From NCBI GenBank assembly GCA_965207225.1, contig CBDBLV010000005.1:416001-480000 (forward strand): 64,000 nucleotides of DNA, read 5' to 3'. This document shows positions 29,101 through 39,200 of the stretch, piece after piece. The translations under genes were made by a program, and so were the position numbers. The notes under the pieces are model-generated. The model was not told where the DNA came from. It did not search any database and was given only the letters and a program-made list of their open reading frames with translations. Origin of the DNA: Dehalococcoidia bacterium. GTDB lineage: Bacteria > Chloroflexota > Dehalococcoidia > Plut-88900. The first letter of the stretch is position 1. Every line of letters starts with the position of its first letter.

Positions 29101-29359
29101 AGAGGAAGCCACTGCTTCCCCCGCAACTCCTGCGGCAGGAGCGGCGGACACCCCCACCCCTGCCCCCGACACGGAAACAGCGGATACCGCTACCCTCTCC
29201 GATGCGGACACTCCGTCCACTGCCCAGGACACCACCCCCACCTCACCTGCTGACGATGGCGGTTCGAGCACGGTGTTGCTCGTGGTGATAATCGTTGTGG
29301 TAGCCGCAATCTCCACAATAGGCATCGCCATAGTAGTCCGTCGTCGCCGCAGTACTTAG
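26135..29359 (+). CDS. Type I membrane surface protein: LRR array plus cadherin-like/Ig repeats, Pro/Thr linker, C-terminal TM
   Basis: 1074 aa; signal peptide; ~16 24-aa LRRs; repeats with PVNDPP..D and HDGSETT; TM followed by RRRRS. Confidence 0.92.
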   Translation: MRFFKLVLLATALMAVISLLGVSQARDSEVANAAILFSSHTCSNGISVDNPQDNTLLVQDCTILLNIRDTLAGNAQLNWNAGTPIQQWEGIRLGGTPLRVHGIDFPFRRVSGRIPSEIGNLTGLRTLSFRINRLEGTIPPELGALPELQELDLHGNSLTGPIPVSLAKLFKLKVLDLHANELEGTIPPEMGEMFNLERLIISSNELTGSIPPELGNLSNLTHLQLSQNQFTGTIPWELGNLIRLEVLYLWDNQLRGNLPSRLGQLPKLRSLIIRGNTFTGEIPREFANLTQLDSLDLAENQMSGQIPSWLSSLSRLDRINLTDNQFSGPIPAELGELADLQQLYLSTNNLTGTIPSSLGSLRELEGLHLRYNSLTGPIPPELGNLTKLTSLQIGHNNLTGEIPQELGNLSRLDALYLGYGSLSGTIPASLGNLSKLRFLQLEHNNLTGSIPPDIAQLSNLRSLLINNNMFSGVVPSELSSLSRLEKLDITSSGLTGCLPFFLAHDPDLDITHDGLPACARPAPTVREDGTITMPISALLFDTPLEGSAISGTTFSNVLNGSVSANQQELVFTHDGSETTTAGFSYVVTAGSRSITRDLVINVTPVNDPPTAVPDTLAMNEGQTGSIASSTLLANDVDPDNRDIHVSAVSSAVNGRVSLEDGIVTYVHDGSETTSGRFTYTVSDGIESDSAVVEIEVFPVNDPPIAVADSDRVVEGEMVSLPASTLIRNDVDPENDDLRITSVGEAVNGTVWLERTTVIYRHDGSETTMGGFTYTVSDGIASDRARVALSVIPSNDPPTGVTDALAIEEGGSITVPAARLLNNDTDPEGDRLTVTSAERAINGTVRVQGTSVTYEHDGSETTTGGFTYTLTDGELTAMADVAVSVAPVNDAPVAGRDSLMVDEGGVLSVDSLALLANDTDAENDSLTIVAVADPVNGMVFLDGTTIIYEHDDSDTLTGSFSYTVSDGIAADSITVEITVTPIDDAPTVTEEEATASPATPAAGAADTPTPAPDTETADTATLSDADTPSTAQDTTPTSPADDGGSSTVLLVVIIVVVAAISTIGIAIVVRRRRST

Positions 29360-29416
29360 CCCCATCCCCCCGCTCCACGGTCGTTCGGCTACAATGGCAC
29401 CGGTCCCTCCGGCCTT

Positions 29417-29428
29417 TGACATTTGTCA
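29417..29428. promoter_or_regulatory. Palindromic candidate operator TGACA-TT-TGTCA
   Basis: Inverted repeat 20 bp upstream of permease paralog 2; similar to GTGACATTTGCCAC at 8111-8124. Confidence 0.45.
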
Positions 29429-29448
29429 CCCGCCCGTAAGCCAGCACA

Positions 29449-31176
29449 TTGCGCGCAATCGACCAAATACGTTACGAGCCCCATGACAAGTCTCCCGTTC
29501 CCGTAACCCTTGGCGTGGCCGTCCAGGGCAGCGTGCTTGCACTGTCGAACACCGTCACCCTGGTCACCATCTTCGCCGTGGCCTCCGATGGCAGTGCAAC
29601 CTACCTTTCGTGGGCGGTCTTCGCGTCCCTCCTGATCGGTGGGCTGGCGACTGCTCACCAGGCCATCAAGTTCGGGCGCCTGGGCCCGGGCTATATCATG
29701 CTCATGGGCCCCGGGTCTCCCTTCCTGCCGGTCTGCGTGCTAGCCGTTGCCGAGGGTGGACTGCCCGTCATGTCCAGCCTGATAGTCGCCGCTTCCCTAG
29801 TCCAGTTCGCCCTGGCCTTCTGGCTTGCCAAGCTCCGCCGGGTCATTACGCCTGTCGTATCCGGTGTAGCCTTCATGATCATTGCCGTCGCCGCGATGCC
29901 TATAGCCCTCGCCCGACTCGAAGACGTGCCCGCCGACACCCCTTCGCTGGCTGGCCCCGTAGTGGGAGCGGCTACCTTGGCAGCTGCGACAATTCTCATG
30001 CTGCGCGGCTCGGGGGTCTGGCGACTCATGGCTATTCCCATAACCATCGTCGTGGGCTGCATCGTCGCCGTGCCCCTTGGCGTCTATGACTTCCAGCGTG
30101 CCCTTGACGCCCCCTGGTTCGGCCTCCCCGAGTTCTCGGCATGGCCCGGTTTCGGCCCCATCCTTGACCAGGACTTCCTCGCCCTTCTTCTCGTATTCCT
30201 TGTCGTGAGCGTGGTGGTCGGCATCAAGGCCGGGAACGAGGGCGCCGTGATCCAGCAGGCATCCTTTCATAGGCCGCGGGCCATAGACTTTCGCAGCGTC
30301 CAGGGCACATTGAACGCGGGCGGCGTGGGAATCCTGCTGTCGGGCATTGCGGGCACGCTCCCCACCATCATCTACCTCCCTTCGACGATATCCCTGATAC
30401 GTTTCACCGGCGTCGCCTCCCGACGCGTGGGTTATGCCGCCGGGGCAATGTTGATCGGGCTGGCCCTCCTCCCGAAGATTGTCGCTGCCCTCCTTACAAT
30501 CCCCCGACCCGTCACCGGCTCAATCCTGATGATCGTCATGGGGATGCTCTTCGTCGAGGGTGTTCGGACCGTCCTGCAGGACGGATTCAGCCAGCAAAAG
30601 GCCTTTATCGTCGGGATATCCCTGTCAATCGGGGTCGGGTTACAGGCGCAGAACATCCTCGCCGACCCCCTCGGCCCGACATGGGGCGTGGCCTTCGGGA
30701 ACAGCGTCGTCGTCAGCATCCTCGCCGCCGTCCTGATGTCGGGCATAACCCAGTTGACCGGCTACCGCAGCATGCGCCTCCAGACCGAGCTGGACATCGC
30801 ATCCCTCCCGGGTATTCAAGACTTCCTGCGCACTATCGGCGACAGGATAGGATGGAGCCAGGCTTCGATACAGCGCATGTGCTACGCTGGTGAGGAGACT
30901 CTGGCCAGCATGTTGCAGCTCCGCGACGACTACCAGGAAGACAAGCCCCCTCGCCTGGTCGTCATCGCCCGACCCGCGTCTGGTATGGTGGAGATGGAAT
31001 TCCTGGCGGTATTCTCGGAGGAGAACATTGAGGACCGTATCTCGTTCATGACCGAGCAGGCCGAGGCCCCTGACGTCGGCGAAATCTCCTTCCGGCTCCT
31101 CCGCCATCACGCCTCCTCCGTCCGCCACAGGAAGTATCATGGCATCGACATCGTTACCGTGCGGGTGGACGCATAA
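29449..31176 (+). CDS. NCS2-like permease with RsbW/HATPase-like C-terminal domain (paralog 2)
   Basis: 575 aa; IRYEPHD N-terminus, ITPVVSG, FTGVASRRVG, C-terminal SFRLLRHHASSVRHRKYHGIDIVTV. Confidence 0.88.
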   Translation: MRAIDQIRYEPHDKSPVPVTLGVAVQGSVLALSNTVTLVTIFAVASDGSATYLSWAVFASLLIGGLATAHQAIKFGRLGPGYIMLMGPGSPFLPVCVLAVAEGGLPVMSSLIVAASLVQFALAFWLAKLRRVITPVVSGVAFMIIAVAAMPIALARLEDVPADTPSLAGPVVGAATLAAATILMLRGSGVWRLMAIPITIVVGCIVAVPLGVYDFQRALDAPWFGLPEFSAWPGFGPILDQDFLALLLVFLVVSVVVGIKAGNEGAVIQQASFHRPRAIDFRSVQGTLNAGGVGILLSGIAGTLPTIIYLPSTISLIRFTGVASRRVGYAAGAMLIGLALLPKIVAALLTIPRPVTGSILMIVMGMLFVEGVRTVLQDGFSQQKAFIVGISLSIGVGLQAQNILADPLGPTWGVAFGNSVVVSILAAVLMSGITQLTGYRSMRLQTELDIASLPGIQDFLRTIGDRIGWSQASIQRMCYAGEETLASMLQLRDDYQEDKPPRLVVIARPASGMVEMEFLAVFSEENIEDRISFMTEQAEAPDVGEISFRLLRHHASSVRHRKYHGIDIVTVRVDA

Positions 31177-31224
31177 CCACATTTATAATGGTCCGACACG
31201 AAAGTCCCGAAAGGAGAAGTTCAA

Positions 31225-31512
31225 GTGAAGGCATATTTGGTCTCCGACAACGAAGTCACCGATCAGGCCCTGTTTGATGAGTTCGCCAGCGGCATCTTCG
31301 ACCTCATCGCGAGCTACGGCGGCAAGTACCTCGTTCGTGGCGGCGACACCCCCCACATCGACGGCCCCCGCACCCCCCACCGCACCGTCATCGTCGAGTT
31401 CGAAAGCATGGATCGGGCCCAGTCCATGACCGACTCCCCCGAATACCACGCCCTCGCCGAAAAACGTTCCCGCAGCAGCAACTCAACCACCTTCCTCGTC
31501 CAGGGAATCTAA
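31225..31512 (+). CDS. DUF1330-family protein
   Basis: 95 aa; YGGKYLVRGG, VIVEFESMDRA, SPEY motifs; AGGAG RBS. Confidence 0.88.
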   Translation: MKAYLVSDNEVTDQALFDEFASGIFDLIASYGGKYLVRGGDTPHIDGPRTPHRTVIVEFESMDRAQSMTDSPEYHALAEKRSRSSNSTTFLVQGI

Positions 31513-31526
31513 CCCCACCCCCTTCC

Positions 31527-31641
31527 GTCATTCCCGAGCAATCGGGAATCCATCCCCGGTGGGGTTCCGCTCGCCCTGAGCGTAGTCGAAGGGTCTCCCG
31601 AGCGGAACGGAGGGGCGCCCCCACCCCCTGCTATAATTTCA
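31527..31641. repeat. REP-like intergenic palindromic element plus promoter-like 21-mer
   Basis: GTCATTCCCGA-GCAA-TCGGGAATCC hairpin and CCCTGAGCGTAGTCGAAGGG; related copies at 32285 and 45059. Confidence 0.7.
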
Positions 31642-31691
31642 CACCTCGCCTCATATCCTCAAGCGCCAAATGCGCTTAGCAATAAGGCAGG

Positions 31692-32264
31692 TTGATGTTC
31701 AAACTCATAGCTCCTAGGGACCTGGGCCCGATCCCCGCCGCCGCTGCTACGGCCTTCCTGGCCCTGGCCGTCTTCGCTTGGACCGAGAGGACCGTCCTCG
31801 TCGACCCCGACCATATGTCCGTTCCCTACTGGCCCTGGAAGCTGTGGCAGATCGCTCCGCTGCTGATGGGGTTCGCCGGTGTCTGGTGGCTCTGGTTGAG
31901 CACCCGCCGAGTCCCCTGGGTGCGCAGCCTAGCACTGGGCGTATTGGCCCTGGTGGTGCTAGCCAACGGGTATGGCGACTGGTTTGGCGACCATTGGGGT
32001 AACGTGTGGCGCACGGTCAACCCACTCTTCATCGGCGCCTCCAGCGTGGCAGGGGTGGCCCTATGGCGCTCCGGACACCCTGTCGGACGCGTGGGAGCGG
32101 TGGTCTCTGTAGCGCTGGGCGGACTCGTATTCGCCAATGGCTACTTCGTAGACAACGGAGTCATCTGGCAAATCCTGAACCCCGTACGCATGCTCACCGC
32201 CCTCGCCTTGGCCGCCCTGGCAACCCAACCGCACCACCCCCGAACGCGTGGGACTATCGGATAA
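31692..32264 (+). CDS. Hypothetical Trp-rich integral membrane protein
   Basis: 190 aa, about 6 hydrophobic helices, internal duplication (ANGY..W..vNP twice); upstream TGcTATAAT. Confidence 0.7.
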   Translation: MMFKLIAPRDLGPIPAAAATAFLALAVFAWTERTVLVDPDHMSVPYWPWKLWQIAPLLMGFAGVWWLWLSTRRVPWVRSLALGVLALVVLANGYGDWFGDHWGNVWRTVNPLFIGASSVAGVALWRSGHPVGRVGAVVSVALGGLVFANGYFVDNGVIWQILNPVRMLTALALAALATQPHHPRTRGTIG

Positions 32265-32284
32265 CCGCTAACGCGCCACTCTCG

Positions 32285-32442
32285 GTCATTCCGGCCCACG
32301 GAGCCGGAATCCATCCCCGGCGGAAGGGCCGCTCACCCTGAGGCACTCGAAGGGTCGAGCTGGGGAGGTGTCCAGTCCTCTCTCTTTCGACGGGAGAGGG
32401 CTAGGTTTAGGGGGATTCTTTCCACCCCCTGCTATAATTTCA
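32285..32442. repeat. REP-like element cluster plus promoter-like 21-mer
   Basis: GTCATTCCGGC..GCCGGAATCCATCCCCGG, CCCTGAGGCACTCGAAGGG, CTCTC..GAGAGGG hairpin; CCACCCCCTGCTATAATTTCA identical to 31621-31641. Confidence 0.7.
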
Positions 32443-32757
32443 GAGACCTATGGTCATTGGCTCAGATGGCTAGAGCTCAGTCCTGATAGGGTTGGAAGTC
32501 CTCGCTCGGGGCTACGGTGGCTTACCAGACAATTCTAAGAGTCTTACTAGGCACGTCTCGCTCACATCCACAATTGGCGCCATGTTGATTTGGACTCAGA
32601 GTTCCGTATGCCCACCCTGATGTCTGGCATAGTTATCGAACTGAGCTAGAATATTCTTTGAATTCTGCCTTCTTAGTCCGTCTCGACATCCGCCCAACCT
32701 TACCTGCTTCTGGCTTCTGTACGATATCAAATCAGGTGAAACTTTAGGATACAACTA

Positions 32758-34860
32758 ATGAAAATTGTCAATTTGATGGTGGAGAATTTCCGCGCAATTG
32801 AGCAGGTCGAATTGATCGACTTGAGCGATATGGTTGTTATAGCTGGCCCCAACGGATGTGGTAAGTCGTGTATTCTGGATGCAATCCGTTTATTCAAATC
32901 CGTATACGGCGGCTACCAACCAAACGAGTGGCACTAATGGATGAACGAATTTCAGATAAACATTCGCAATCTACAGCGACTAGTGTCGCTGTTAAGAGAT
33001 CGTTCGAGACCATCCGTGATAGAAGCACAGGTGGAACTTGCTGATGGAGAAAGACAATTTATCAGGGACAATGCAAATGCAATGGTGGAAGAGTTAGCTT
33101 GGAAGACTGTGGCACCCGGGTCACAGGCGTGGGGCCGCTCTGCAAATGCATTGGCTACGGAACTTAGAGCATATCGGCCACAAGTTGCCAAACAAGTCGC
33201 AGACCTGCTACCCATAGTATTGGATCAATTGAATTATCGCTTATTGAGTGGTCGTTTGGAGATTGATCCTTCAGGTCAAGCGACAACTACCAAGAATATT
33301 CTTTTGGAGTTGGTGTTCTCTTCATTTCACCCGAAACACATAGGCGTCATCGATTTTCATGGGGCGCACCGGAACTATGCCCGTGAGGAACTTGGAGGAA
33401 TCAACCTCAATCTGGATCAAGAAGAAGAACGGCTGCGTACTACTTCTTTGTACAATGCCGCAAGCAAATATTCCAACATAAAGAGTGAAATGGCGGCCGA
33501 ATATGTCAAAAATAATCTAAGGGAAAAACGCTTTGGAAAGGACAAGCTCGGCGAGGCTTCACCACCGCTTACAGAGACACTACAGGAATTATTCACTAAT
33601 TTCTTTCCAGGCAAGACCTTTTTGGGTCCAGAGCCTACTAGTGACGGTAATCTGGGATTTCCCGTAGAGATCAGCGGTGGATCGACACATGATATTAATG
33701 ACCTGTCCTCTGGAGAGAAGGAAATCCTCTTCGGCTATTTGCGGCTGAGAAATTCTGCTCCAAGATACTCAGTAATTCTCTTGGATGAACCAGAGCTGCA
33801 CTTGAATCCTGCCCTTGTTCGTGGGCTACCGCAGTTTTACTACAAACATATAGGCAGAGAATTAGAAAACCAGATTTGGCTAGTCACTCACTCGGATGCT
33901 TTCCTCAGAGAAGCTATCGGGCATAAAGGAGTGCAGGTTTTCCATATGCGCCATGCATCCGTCTCGCGGGAAACAAAGAACCAAATTCACGAACTTCATC
34001 CGGGGGAAGAAGTGGAATCAACCATATTAGATTTGGTTGGTAATTTGGCCACGTATAGCCCTGGTGGGAAGGTAGTGTTCTTCGAGGGTGAGGATTCGGA
34101 ATTTGACTTACACATGGTTTCGCGTCTATTTCCATCCATCGAAAATGAAATCAACCTTGTTTCTGGGGGCAATCGGTTCAGGGTAGAAGCGCTGCACAAA
34201 ATTCTGGAACGGAGTGTGGAGGTAGGTAAAATACCGGTAAGAATATACTCTGTAGTAGATAAAGACACTGGCAATGTTGTTGCACCGACTGATGACTTTC
34301 GCCGCCACTTTACTTGGGATGTATACCACATAGAAAACTATCTGTTGGAGCCGAAATTCATCGATGAGGCCTTAGGCAGCCTAGGTGTCTCCCATAATGA
34401 TCTATCTTCATTAGGGAAAATAGATCAGACACTTAAGCAAATCGCCGAGAATCAAATCGGCAAACTTGTCAGTCACCGCATAAGGTCAGACATTAACGCA
34501 GAACTAATCAAGGAATTGAATCTGAATAACAATCCCTTTTCTGATGATATCGGCGCCGACTTACATAGGGCAATTGAAGATTCTGTAGAGCGCATAAATC
34601 AGAAACGCAATACAAGCCTCCCCCTCGCTGATATTCGTAGACGAGTAGAGATGCAACAGCAATCCCTCAGCAAGTCACTTAACACGGAGGATTGGAAGAA
34701 GCACTTTCGTGGACGGGACATCCTGCAGGAGTTTGCGGGCAAATACCTCCCTGGCCTGCGGTACATCTATTTTCGTGAGTTGATCATCAGCCATATGAGC
34801 ACTGAAGGATATCAACCACAGGGAATGAAATCCGTTCTTGATCAGATAGTTGACGATTAA
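32758..34860 (+). pseudogene. ABC-type ATPase with TOPRIM-like (OLD/DUF4435-like) domain, interrupted by in-frame TAA
   Basis: ATG 32758 gives MKIVNLMVENFRAI..GPNGCGKS (Walker A), then TAA at 32935-32937 in frame with the 32941 ORF carrying LSSGEK, LLDEPELHL, VTHS, FFEGEDSEFD, VVDKD, YHIENYLL. Lower GC than flanks. Confidence 0.8.
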
Positions 34861-34930
34861 GGGGCTTCTGCTTGCACGGAGTGAAATTAGTGCGTTAAAC
34901 ACAGAGTTCCTACCCCCCACCCCCAAGAAA

Positions 34931-35782
34931 ATGCCCACCCCCCTAACCCCGACGTTCGCCCTCGAATACACTGGACTCCAGATCTGGTCTCTCCTAGACG
35001 ACCGGCAAGTCCGGGCCCTAGATGACGTCCTCGCCACCCACGGTGTCCTCGTCTTCCGACGCCAGGCCCTCACCGAGCACGAGCTCGTCGCCTTCAGCAA
35101 CCGCTTCGGCACACCCGACGTCATCGTCCGCACCGACTGGGCCTCCGGCGCCAACCCCGAGATTATCCAGATATCCAACATGCGCAACGCCAGGGGTGAG
35201 ACCATCGGGGGCCTTGGGTCGGGGGAACTGGCCTGGCACACCGACCAGGCCTACATGGCAAAACCCGCCACCGGCGCCATCCCCTACGGCGTCGAAGTCC
35301 CGGAGGACGGGCCCCGAACCTACTGGGCCAACCTCCGCCTCGCCTACGAAGCCCTCCCCCCCGACACCAGGGCCCGCATCGAAGGCCGACGCGCCATCTT
35401 CAGCTACGCCGAGCGCTACAAGGACTACAACGACGAGACCGTCCCCACCGAAGAAATCCTGGCTAAGACCCCGAAGGTGACCCATGCCCTGGTCCAGACC
35501 CATCCGGTGTCCGGCGCCAGGACCCTCTACCTGGACCCGAGCACCATGGTCGGCATCGAAGGGATGGAGGAGGCGGAAGGTCGGGCCCTGCTCGACGAGT
35601 TAATCCGGCACTCCACCCGTCCCGAGTTCGTCTACGCGCACACCTGGCAGCCCGGCGACCTGATCATGTGGGACAACGGCTTCATGCTCCACCGCCGCGA
35701 CGCATTCCGCACCGACCAAAACCGCCTCCTAAAGCGCGCAACCATCCGCCTCTCCCCCGACCGCCACGTCGTCCCGGACTAA
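34931..35782 (+). CDS. TauD/TfdA-family Fe(II)/2-oxoglutarate dioxygenase
   Basis: HGVLVFRRQ, WHTD, HPVSG, WQPGDLIMWDN..LHRR. Start uncertain (ORF extends to 34850). Confidence 0.9.
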   Translation: MPTPLTPTFALEYTGLQIWSLLDDRQVRALDDVLATHGVLVFRRQALTEHELVAFSNRFGTPDVIVRTDWASGANPEIIQISNMRNARGETIGGLGSGELAWHTDQAYMAKPATGAIPYGVEVPEDGPRTYWANLRLAYEALPPDTRARIEGRRAIFSYAERYKDYNDETVPTEEILAKTPKVTHALVQTHPVSGARTLYLDPSTMVGIEGMEEAEGRALLDELIRHSTRPEFVYAHTWQPGDLIMWDNGFMLHRRDAFRTDQNRLLKRATIRLSPDRHVVPD

Positions 35783-35892
35783 GCGCGTCGGGGCTACTCC
35801 CGCCGACCCGCGAGGGTCCCACGGCCCGCCGCATCTTTCACCTACTGATGTCGGCTACGTGGTATCGCGTTCCCCGCGTCAGACACCCGCTG

Positions 35893-36234
35893 CTAAGGCG
35901 TATCGGGATTCTCGGGCTGATCATCGTAATAGCGTGACAGGAAAAGCAGCCCGTCATGGTATATGGCCCAGGTGTGCGCGTACAGGGTCTCCGACGTCCG
36001 GACGTTGGGGTAGATGTTGGTAATCCAGCGTCCGTCCTCCGTGACCAATGCAAACTCTTCGCCAAGCCGCCCACTGCTGAACGCAGGAATGTCGTTCAAG
36101 TTCGACCCTGCGAGTTGAGGGGCAAGGGGTGTGACCCGCAGAATGTCGTTCTCATCGGCCAGGGTCAGGCCCCACTGGCCGTCAATGCTCTCCTCATCGC
36201 TGTACAGGGCGATCGTGGCGTCCAGTCCATTGGC
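35893..36234 (-). pseudogene. In-frame 3' remainder (8th Cache-like repeat) of the multi-Cache lipoprotein
   Basis: After TAA at 36235-36237 the frame continues ANGLDATIALYSDEESIDGQW...WAIYHDGLLFLSRYY to the stop at 35893. Confidence 0.85.
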
Positions 36235-39200
36235 TTAGTAGTAGTCGATGGCCATTTGCACATACGCAATGGTATAGGCCGCAGGGTCATCAATCCGCTC
36301 GTAGTAACCCGAGGCGAAGAGCAATCCGTCCCGACGCACGGCATAGGAAATCTTGGGGACCTCATTTAGCGTTACAGGGTGGGGCCACAGGTATTCCACC
36401 CAGACTCCTTCCTCGGTGGCCTTGGCAAGTTCCTCGCCCAGCCTGTAGCCGTTTGCCCCTACCACATCGTTGATGTCCGTTCCTACCAGTTGGGGCAGCA
36501 GAGGGTGTACGTGATAGATGTCGTTCTCGTCGGTGGCGAAGAGATACCACTCACCCTCGAAGCTGGCGACGCTGTTGTAGTAGTTGAGCATGGATTCCAG
36601 GCCGTCCCGCTCGTAGCGCTCTATGGCCCGGTTCACGTACTGGACCGTGTATTCCATCGGGTCGGCGTCCCGCCAGGCCGGGGGCCCGGTTTCGGGCTCA
36701 CCGGCGTAGTAACCGGATGCGAATATCAACCCGTCGTGGCGAATGGCCCAGGTGACCTTTTGCTGTTCCTGCCGGGTCTCGGGATGAGGCCACAGGTATT
36801 CCACCCAGACGCCATCCTCGGTGGCCTGGGCTATCTCCCGGCCCAGCTCCTGCCCGTCGGACCCGACCACGTCCTTGATGTCGGTGCCGATGAGATGAGG
36901 GAAGATGGGATGGGCCACGTAGTTGTCATCCTCGCCGATGAGGAACAGGTAGAACTGTCCTTCAACGCTGTCTTGGCTGTTGTAGTGCGCAACGACAGAG
37001 TCGAGGCCCTCGCTATCGTATTTGGCTATGGCCCTGTTCACGTATTCCTTGACGGAGGCCGAAACGTCTGCCACTAGGATCGAGTGGCTGGTGGAGAACA
37101 CCAGGCCATCGTGACTGACGATGAGGACTCTCCGAGGTTCTTCCTGCTTGGTTGCCGGGTTTACGCCCCGGGTATCGACCCAGCTGCCTTCCTCGGTCGC
37201 GGCTTCTATCAACCCACCGAGGCCGGAAAATCTCGAACCCGGGCCAACGTATTGGCCTTGTAGGGCGGGTATGTTGCGGTATACCAGCAGCGTGCTTTCG
37301 GCTTCGTCCAGGAGGATAAGCGTCCGCCCGTTTTCGATGCTCTCCTCAGACCTGTAGAGTTCAACCGTGGCGTCCAGGCCGTTCTCTTCGTAGTACGCAA
37401 TGGCGTCATCGACAAAGGCCCGGCTTAGGTCGTCATCGCTGGGCGCATCGCTGGTGTCGGTGGGTGGCGGCGCGTCTGCGTCACCCTCGACGTAGTACGC
37501 AGAGGAGAAGACATATCCGTCGTGGCGGACAATCCAGAGGTACACCGTCAATTGCCCGGCTGCCCTGGGGTTGGGCCACAAGTACTTGAACCAGTGGCCT
37601 TGCTCGGTGGCGCTGAGCAGCGACTCGCCAATTGGCTCACCGGCCACAACTCCCCGGAACAGGCGAACATCCACTCCAACCAGCGCTTGCTCCGCCCCCG
37701 ATACGACTATGACGTTCTGGGGATTAACCATCAGTAGCCAGTAAGAGCCGTCAATGCTCTCCGGGCTGTTGTAGTGGGCAACCGTTGCCTCTAGGCCCTG
37801 GCTGTCGTAATAGTCCATAGCCTTCTGGACGTAGGCCTGTGTGTAGGCCACCGGGTCCGCGACCCCCGGATAGTAGCCCGACGCGAAGATCATCCCGTCC
37901 CGGCGCACCGCATACCCAACCTTTGGCACTTCCTTAAGCGTTAACGGGTGCGGCCACAGGTATTCGACCCACACGCCTTCTCCCTCCCCGGCCTTCGCCA
38001 GCTCCCTGCCCAACTCGTAGCCGTCGGAGCCCACGATGTCTTTGATGTCCGTGCCTATCAACTGGGGCAGCAGAGGGTGTACGTGATAGATGTCGTTCTC
38101 GTCGGTGGCAAAGAGATACCACTCGCCTTCAAAGCTGGCGACGCTGTTGTAGTAGTTGAGCATGGATTCCAGGCCGTCCCGCTCGTAACGCGCTATCGCC
38201 CGTTCCACGTACTCCATGGTGTACTCGCGCGGGTCAGCGCCCCGCCAGGCGGGCGGCTCCGTCGTCTCGCCCACCGTGTAGTAGCCGGACGCAAAGATGA
38301 GGCCATTGTGGCGGATGGCCCAGGTGGTCTTGGGCTCCTCCAGCCGCGAAATCGGGTTGGGCCACAGGTACTCCACCCAGATGCCTTGTTCAGTGGCCTG
38401 GGCTATCTCCTTGCCCAGTTCCTGCCCGTCGGAACCTACTACGCCCTTGATGTCGGTCCCTATCAGGTGCGGGAAAATGGGATGGGCCAGGTAGTTGTCA
38501 TCCGCGCCAATCAGGAACAGGTAGAAGATTCCCTCCAGGCTGCTGGGGTCGTTGTAGTGCGCAACCGTCGCTTCAAGCCCCTCACTCTCGTATAGGGCTA
38601 TTGCGCGGCTCACGTAATCCTTGGCGGCCTCCGCCACGTTCTCCTGGAGGGTGGAGTGGCCGGATACGAAGATTAGGCCGTCTTTAAGGACAAGGTAGTT
38701 CCGCACCGGGCCCTGTCTGGCTGAGCTGCCGGTGTCCATCTCCACCACATAGATCCCCTGTCCCTCATACCAGGCCCCGTCCTCTGTAGCGGGTCCCACC
38801 AAGAAATCGGCAGATTCGAGCTTGCTTCCCAGGAAATGATGATAGAACGGCATTGCCAGCAGGATGCCTTCATCCTTGCTGATTATGAACAGATACCGGT
38901 CTCCTTCAATGCTCTCTTCGCTCTTGTAATATTCGATCGTCGCGTCCCGGCCGTTGGCGTCGTAGTAGGCGATAGCCTTCTCTACGTAGGCCCGAGTTAA
39001 CTCGTCCGCATTCAACTCACCGGGTTCCGGTTCAGGCTCAGGCTCCGGCGTCGGCTCGGGTTCCGGCACGGGAGTTGCCGTAGGTTCAGGGACCGCCGTC
39101 GGCTCGGGCATTGCCGTAGGTTCAGGGACTGCCGTCGGCTGAGGAGCTGTGGTGGCCGTTGGGTCCGGCGCAGTCGTTGCAGTGGGTGCCTGGGTTGGGG

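Noticed and set aside
1-29359. Diversity-generating retroelement or invertase acting on the surface genes
   Set aside because: No reverse transcriptase or recombinase in the window, and repeat differences are not evidently adenine-specific.
32935-36237. Possible TAA reassignment or Sec readthrough explaining two in-frame stops
   Set aside because: TAA ends normal genes here (rho, permease at 31176, LLM gene) and Sec uses TGA; mutation or error is more likely.
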